From positions 115,010,001 to 115,074,000 of the forward strand of contig OX597822.1 of the NCBI GenBank assembly GCA_951406725.2: a DNA stretch of 64,000 nucleotides. The letters run 5' to 3'. Below the pieces are notes generated by a model. That model was not told where the DNA came from. It saw nothing but the letters and a program-made list of their open reading frames with translations, and did not search any database. Each line of letters opens with the position of its first letter. Within the stretch, counting starts at the first letter, position 1. The position numbers and the translations under genes are program-made. Shown here piece after piece: positions 57,076-64,000 of this stretch. Origin of the DNA: Octopus vulgaris (taxonomy: Eukaryota).

Positions 57076-57310
57076 TGAGTATGTGTCTTTGTGTCTTTGT
57101 GTCTGTGTTTGTCCGCCACTACGATTTCTCAACTGGTGTTGTTTGGTTTAAATCCTTGTATTTATACAGTATGACAAAATGGACCGGTGCGATAAGTATC
57201 AGACCTTAAAAAACAAGTACTGGTGTGGTGGTGATCTGTTCGACTGAAATCCTTCAAGGTGGTGCCCTATCATAGCTGAAACAAGTAAAAAACTGAAACA
57301 AGTAAAAAAC
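56752..57310 (+). mobile_element. two tandem SINE S1 3' portions
   Basis: 56752-57020 and 57080-57310, each ending GGTGGTGC..CTGAAACAA. Confidence 0.75.
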
Positions 57311-58458
57311 GAACATTTTCTTAGCCAAATTAGATTCTTAACGCGACATAAGCTATCCACAGCAATCTCCTAACACTTTCTCTTCTGTGCTTTTTCCTTA
57401 CATTTGTTTCAATGTCCCCCCTGTAATCCTCAGTTCTTTTTCGACTACCACTGTTAAGTAATCCTCTTGTGCCTTGTCTTCCTTTTTACCCTCAGAGTTT
57501 CAATGAAGGATTTACTTTACCGAAAAATTTATTTAGTCCTTGCTCATCTGCACGTACGTCTACGGTATTTGTTGGCTGATAGGTTTTTGCTTGGCTTTGA
57601 TCCTGAGATCTTTCTTGCTCAAAAAGGATCTCTAGTGTTAATGATGTTTTTGAGGCACCTGTGTGGAATGTTTGGTGGGTTCTGATGATATGTTTCTAAA
57701 TTTTTCCTGAATCATAAACAAAAAGGACCGATGCTACTATTGAAAATTTGATGCGTAATATGTCTTTAGAGACAGGTTGCTTTCCACCCAGGCTTTGAAA
57801 ATAATATGCATTTAATTATTTAAATAGTTTAAATTATGGCGAGTGCGATACAAGAAAATCTGATATTATATAAAGCGTTTAAGTGAAGGAGGAAGAGAGT
57901 AAATATTTGACAAGAAATATTCTATTAAATATTTAGCTGGATAACCTCTGATGTGGGACTTGATGAAGTAGTAAGGGAGAATATGGTAAGCAAGACTGAG
58001 TGTAGGAGTTATATATATTCAATATCATACGAGTTAAAATAAGAATATGATAAGAATAAATTAGAAGTATTTAAGCATAGTAATGGTTGATAAATTGATG
58101 GTATTTATATTGCTGTTGGAGGGTTCCTGTCAGATAATATGTCTCCGGATTTGTGATTAATGCTGCATGTTATGGTTAGATGAGGTATTGTATGAAAACT
58201 GCGGAGAAATGGTGTTATACATGAAAAGAAGCGTGTGGTGGGTGGTGCCCATTAATTTAGATAGGAGAATAATATGAGTGCTATTAAGATAACCAAATTA
58301 AAATCAGATGGTATTCGTTTAAGAACCTGCTTTACAATTAGGAGGAAGTACGGTATAGAAAATACTTTAGATTGATTTCTATTAGCAATTGGTTAAGAAT
58401 TACAAATTGTGCTCATATGGTACGTCGAAGACAAACTGATTTAATATTAGATACATAT

Positions 58459-58640
58459 AAGGTGGCGAGCTGGCAGAAACGTTAGCACGCTGGGCGAAAT
58501 GCTTAGAGGTATTTCGTCTGTCTTTACATTCTGAGTTCAAATTCCGCCGGGGTCGATAAATTAAGTATCAGTTGCGTACTTAATCGACCGGTCCCCTCCC
58601 CAAAAACTTAGGGCCATGTGCCTAGAGTAGAAAAGAATAT
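58459..58640 (+). mobile_element. SINE S2 monomer
   Basis: AAGGTGGCGAGCTGGCAGAAACGTTAGCACG..GAGTTCAAATTCCGCCG..GTGCCTAGAGTAGAAAAGAA. Confidence 0.85.
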
Positions 58641-58778
58641 TAGATGCACATATAGTACTAATGTGTAAAATGAGTTTTGCAGTAACAGCAAGGTAAAATT
58701 AATGCACAAATGTTTATGGGGAAAAGAATGCATATCGGAAATACATGCAACCAAGTTAATTGCAATATTTTATTGTTA

Positions 58779-59735
<957 letters not shown>

Positions 59736-60324
59736 CGAAATGACTAGACTTAGTTGGAGGTTATTGGCCGGTGTTAGAAAGGGAGAATGCATGCCAGTAG
59801 AACCTTTTAATTTTGTTTTCCGGGTATACTCACTAACCAAAAGTGTATCTGTTGTGAAATAATTTGTAAATCAATATTAGATTTAGAAAGCGAAGAGAAG
59901 CCAGCAAAAAAGTGATTGGGATCAGAAGGAATGGTGTAGCACATTCACTCTGTTGTGCTATTTGTCAAATTACTGTAAAAATTCCGATTCTAGAGATTGA
60001 CATATCATCTAAAAGAACATATAGAAACATGGTTAATAGATGAGAACGAAGAAATAAAAAAATGACTACTCTTATATACTGTGCTTTGTTGTAGTATTAT
60101 AATATAGAAGATGTATCAGTTGGACAATGAAGATGGAAATATATGATGGGTATCTTTCGAAGTATATCATTTTTGCATTTATTTTATTTTATTTGCCTCT
60201 GTCGCTGGACTTCAGCCATGCTAGGGCAAGATTTCGAAGAACTTGGTCAAACAAATAAATCCGCGTACTTATTTTTAAAGTTTGGTACACAGAAATATTT
60301 TGTGATTCAGCACTCCCATCACTT

Positions 60325-60463
60325 ACACCACCACTTCAGGGTAAATGTTTCTTGTAATATGGCACGAAAATGTTTTCAAGCTTTAGATAAACACTTTCCT
60401 AAATTTAGCCAGTATTATAAAATTTTCAATAGACACACGGTTAAACTTGCGTACTCTACCTAA
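60325..60463 (+). pseudogene. Penelope-like RT-EN linker fragment
   Basis: NVSCNMARKCFQALDKHFPKFSQYYKIFNRHTVKLAYS resembles the DKHFP..KIFNR.TVK.SYS linker motif of GIY-YIG retroelements (from recall). Confidence 0.6.
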
Positions 60464-61082
60464 TATAGCTGAATATTCAGTAAGAATATATTCAGTATTC
60501 AGTAATTATTCAGTAATAATATATTCAATAATTCAGAATATTCAGTAATTAAACTGTGCGATTTATGATACTACAACAACTGACCCTCCATCTCAACTTC
60601 TTACCGCATAGCCACGCCATGGTCAGTAACAATAAATACATGTTGTTTTGTATGAATTAAGGTGTGGCTAATTCTCTGAATTTAGATCCAGCACCTTAAT
60701 TCAAAGATCAAAAGATCACAAATAAAACTTTTGATCTTAATTTTCATCACATTTTCTAATCACATTAGCACACAAAAACATATATATGTATATAGACAAA
60801 TAAGTATAAATACATACACACATATAGATTCATGCAAAAATAAACACACACATACGCACAATATAAACACACATTCATACAAATGTAGGCATGGGAATAT
60901 ATACATGTATGTACATTCATATACATGCATATAGATAAACATATGTACATATACAGGTATGTATAGACACAAGCACATATATACGTAGTATATCTTTATG
61001 AATTAAGGTGCTGGATGTAAATTCAGGGAATTGACCATTCTTAATTCGTGCGAAACAACGTATATTTATTGTTACTGACCAT

Positions 61083-61250
61083 GGAGCAGCTGTGTGGTAA
61101 GAAGCTGGCTTCCTGACCATATGTCTTCGGGTTTTATTACCACTGCATGGCACTTGGGCAAGTATCTTCTACTATCACCTCGGGTTGACCAAAACCTTGT
61201 GAGTAGATTTGCTAGGCGGAAACTAAAAGAAGCCCGTCGAATATATATAA

Positions 61251-61336
<86 letters not shown>

Positions 61337-61545
61337 CTTTGTCTTTGTGTCTGTTTATCTCCACTCCTCTCTGCTTGACAACCGGTGTTGGCGTGTTTAC
61401 GTCCTCGTAACCTAGGTGTTCGGCAAAATAAAACGATAGAATTAGTACGCTTAAAGAATAAGTCCTGGAGTCGATTTGTTCTCGACTAAAGGATGGTGCC
61501 CCAGCATGACCGCAATCACATAACTGAAACAAAAGAATGAAAGAA
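61083..61545 (+). mobile_element. SINE S1
   Basis: Head, internal microsatellite and 3' GGTGCCCCAGCATGACCGCAATCACATAACTGAAAC. Confidence 0.85.
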
Positions 61546-62004
61546 TACCAGGCTAATTTTACCAAGTCTCGGCCTTTCCTAGATTATAGATCGATTGAGA
61601 AAATTTCGTACGTTTCCTTAGAATCGAATTGCTTCCTTAACCATGATGTTTTGGTGATCTGATGAATAAGCTATCTTTATTCGTTTTGATTTTGTGTATA
61701 TGCAGTTTTATTGTATAATGAATAGTATGCTTATTAATGCAGACATGAAAATATAAATTATTATACACTGAAATTATTACACGAAGAAGGCTGCGAAACG
61801 AACATCATCCTGTCATACTTGCTGAATTTTTACGATAGACATATATATATAAATTATTAAGGTAGCTATTCGCAATTTAGAACTGATTGGCAACTAGTAC
61901 TGTTGTCACTATAGTGACGGAGGACGCAGAAAAACAGTTGGTCATCAAATTGAAAGGTTACTGAATAATTTTCAGAGCACCATATCTAAATAGGTTTACA
62001 TCAA

Positions 62005-63377
62005 AGCGTTGGCTCCGGTCATCTGCGAGCCTTTAACACGTCTATTCAATATGTCATTGGCGACGGGTGTTATTCCTGCGGACTGGAGAACAGCGATAAT
62101 CTGCCCAATTTTCAAGAAAGGGAGCCGCGAAGACCCGCTTAACTACCGACCGGTTTCCCTTACTTCAATAATTAGCAAGATGTTAGAAACCATCCTTAAT
62201 TAGTTAGTTAGTTAGTTAATTTGGCTCAAAAGCAAATAGCAAGGCCATGTAGGGGGACATGGAGTTAAGTACAGGGTGGTGTTCATGTAAAGAGTTCAGG
62301 CCACTTGAGGTCCAGGGAGGCTTTGAACAAAGCGGTCGTCGGCATCTTCACCATCTCGTCTGGCAGCTTGTTCCACGGATCCGCAACCCGGATCTTAAGA
62401 AAAGTATGATGCTCCACCTCCAAAACACAGCCTCTATCTCTGATTCGCAACACGGCTTCGTGCCGAAGAGATCATGCTTGACCAACTCACTGGTAATGGA
62501 AGATTTGGTGACGCGCATCCTCGATGATGGTGATGCTGTTGACATCGTTTTATTGGACTTTGCCAAAGCTTTTGACTCGGTAAACCACCTCCTATTACTT
62601 GTCAAGCTTCAAGCATATAGTTTCCATCTGGATATTGTACGATGAGTTGGTGCCTTCCTCTCAGATCGCTCCTTCCAAGTCCAAGTTAATGGTTCGCTGT
62701 CCGACGTCTCCAGTGCGAGCAGTGGCGTGCCTCAAGGTTCAGTGCTTGGGCCCTTATTGTTCTTATTCTTCATAAATGACTTGCCCGACGACCTCACGCA
62801 ACACACACTTCTATTTGCCGTTGATGTCAAACCGGTCGCTCATCACGGTGATATAGAGGATCTTCGTCGATGCCTCCACCAAATTTGGAGATGGTCTAAC
62901 GAATAGGACCTGTGTCTGGATGTGTCAAAGTGCTGTTATCTGCCTGTTGGCTCTCCTCCAGCAACTCAACTTGATTTGAAGAAAGGCTGAAGACGCTCGA
63001 CTTTTATTCTCTAGAAAAACGACGACGCCGTGGAGATCTCATTCTTGCTCACAACATCATAAGCGGAAAGCGTAACCTCTCGAAAGAGCTGTTCTTCACT
63101 CCTGCTCCAGAGCGTCGGCTGCGGGGTCATTCCGAAAAGCTCTATCTGCGACGATTTCATCTCAATCGAAGGAGAGGGGCTTTCTCCGTTCGGGTTGCGG
63201 ATCCGTGGAATAAGCTGCCTGACGAGATGATGAAGATGCCGACGACCGCTCGGTTCAAAGTCTCCCTTGACCTCAAGTGGCCTGGACTCTTTACATGAAC
63301 ACCACCCTGTACATAACTCCATGTCCCTCTACATGGCCTTGCTTTTTGCTTTTTGAGACAAAAAATTAACTAACTAG
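62005..63377 (+). mobile_element. CR1-type LINE RT remnant with (TAAC)n tail, carrying an antisense insertion of its own family
   Basis: PADWRTAIICPIFKKG..NYRPVSLTS, QHGF..RSCLTN, LDFAKAFDSVNH and GVPQGSVLGPLLF..FAVDVK; internal deletion near 62985. Confidence 0.9.
62200..62393 (-). mobile_element. 5'-truncated copy of the same LINE's 3' end
   Basis: Reverse complement of about 63190-63375, flanked by CTTAA (62195-62199 and 62394-62398). Confidence 0.85.
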
Positions 63378-63497
63378 CTGTCATTGGCTTCGATGTTTCC
63401 GTTTGACGGCAAATACTCCAAGCTTCAAGGTCACTGTCGATCTGCTCCTTGAAAAACAATATATACAAATACATACATACATGTATATGTATGTAAG

Positions 63498-63598
<101 letters not shown>

Positions 63599-63707
63599 CG
63601 TCAAAGAAGTTCCCATTCTTCCTGAGCGTTAAACTAACTCACCTGTTTGTTGTTCTTTCACTTGTCTTCGTCTTTTGTTTTTGGTAATTTGAACTTTTAG
63701 CGTGTGC

Positions 63708-63761
<54 letters not shown>

Positions 63762-63838
63762 GTAAAGAAACAGAAATGTTGTATAGAAGTAACATATATA
63801 TCAGTTTGTGCACACATACTTTGTGAACATGCGTATGT

Positions 63839-63882
<44 letters not shown>

Positions 63883-64000
63883 CATTTAGTAGTGACTGAT
63901 TCACAGAGTTACATATGTTTTATACCAGAATACTTCAAAAACGTGCACAGAACCGGAAACTCCACAGTGGCGACGCAGAAAAGTGTCGACCAAACAAATA

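Overview
AT-rich eukaryotic window with no supportable host protein-coding gene. It is almost entirely microsatellites plus decayed transposons, and the repeat repertoire suggests a coleoid cephalopod, probably Octopus (inference, not verified). Nearly all long ORFs in the supplied track are microsatellite translations. Recognisable elements are tRNA-derived SINEs of three families, LINE remnants (CR1-type, RTE, R4/Dong-like with RLE endonuclease), Penelope-like (GIY-YIG) remnants, Tc1/mariner and pogo/Tigger remnants, MITEs and non-autonomous Helitrons. Two systems stand out. (1) Four ~1.6-kb non-LTR elements encode only an L1/Tx1-type ORF1 (CCHC zinc knuckle), with no RT or endonuclease. They are stacked in pairs at two loci, and both pairs start at the same position of the same Helitron family. 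One element has a 22-bp direct repeat and a 3' tail shared with a SINE, suggesting a Helitron-targeting HAL1-like parasite. (2) Several families of short elements anchored in (TA)n carry minimal type I hammerhead-ribozyme folds, including a family-wide CUGUNGA core variant. They often occur as a 5'-truncated copy joined to an inverted copy, as known for Penelope-like elements. Also seen are a SINE/CR1 shared 3' stem-loop and a 1.9-kb (GCGT)n block that reads as an A-to-G transliteration of the flanking (ACAT)n array. All family calls rest on motifs read by eye, and boundaries are approximate unless a terminus is quoted.
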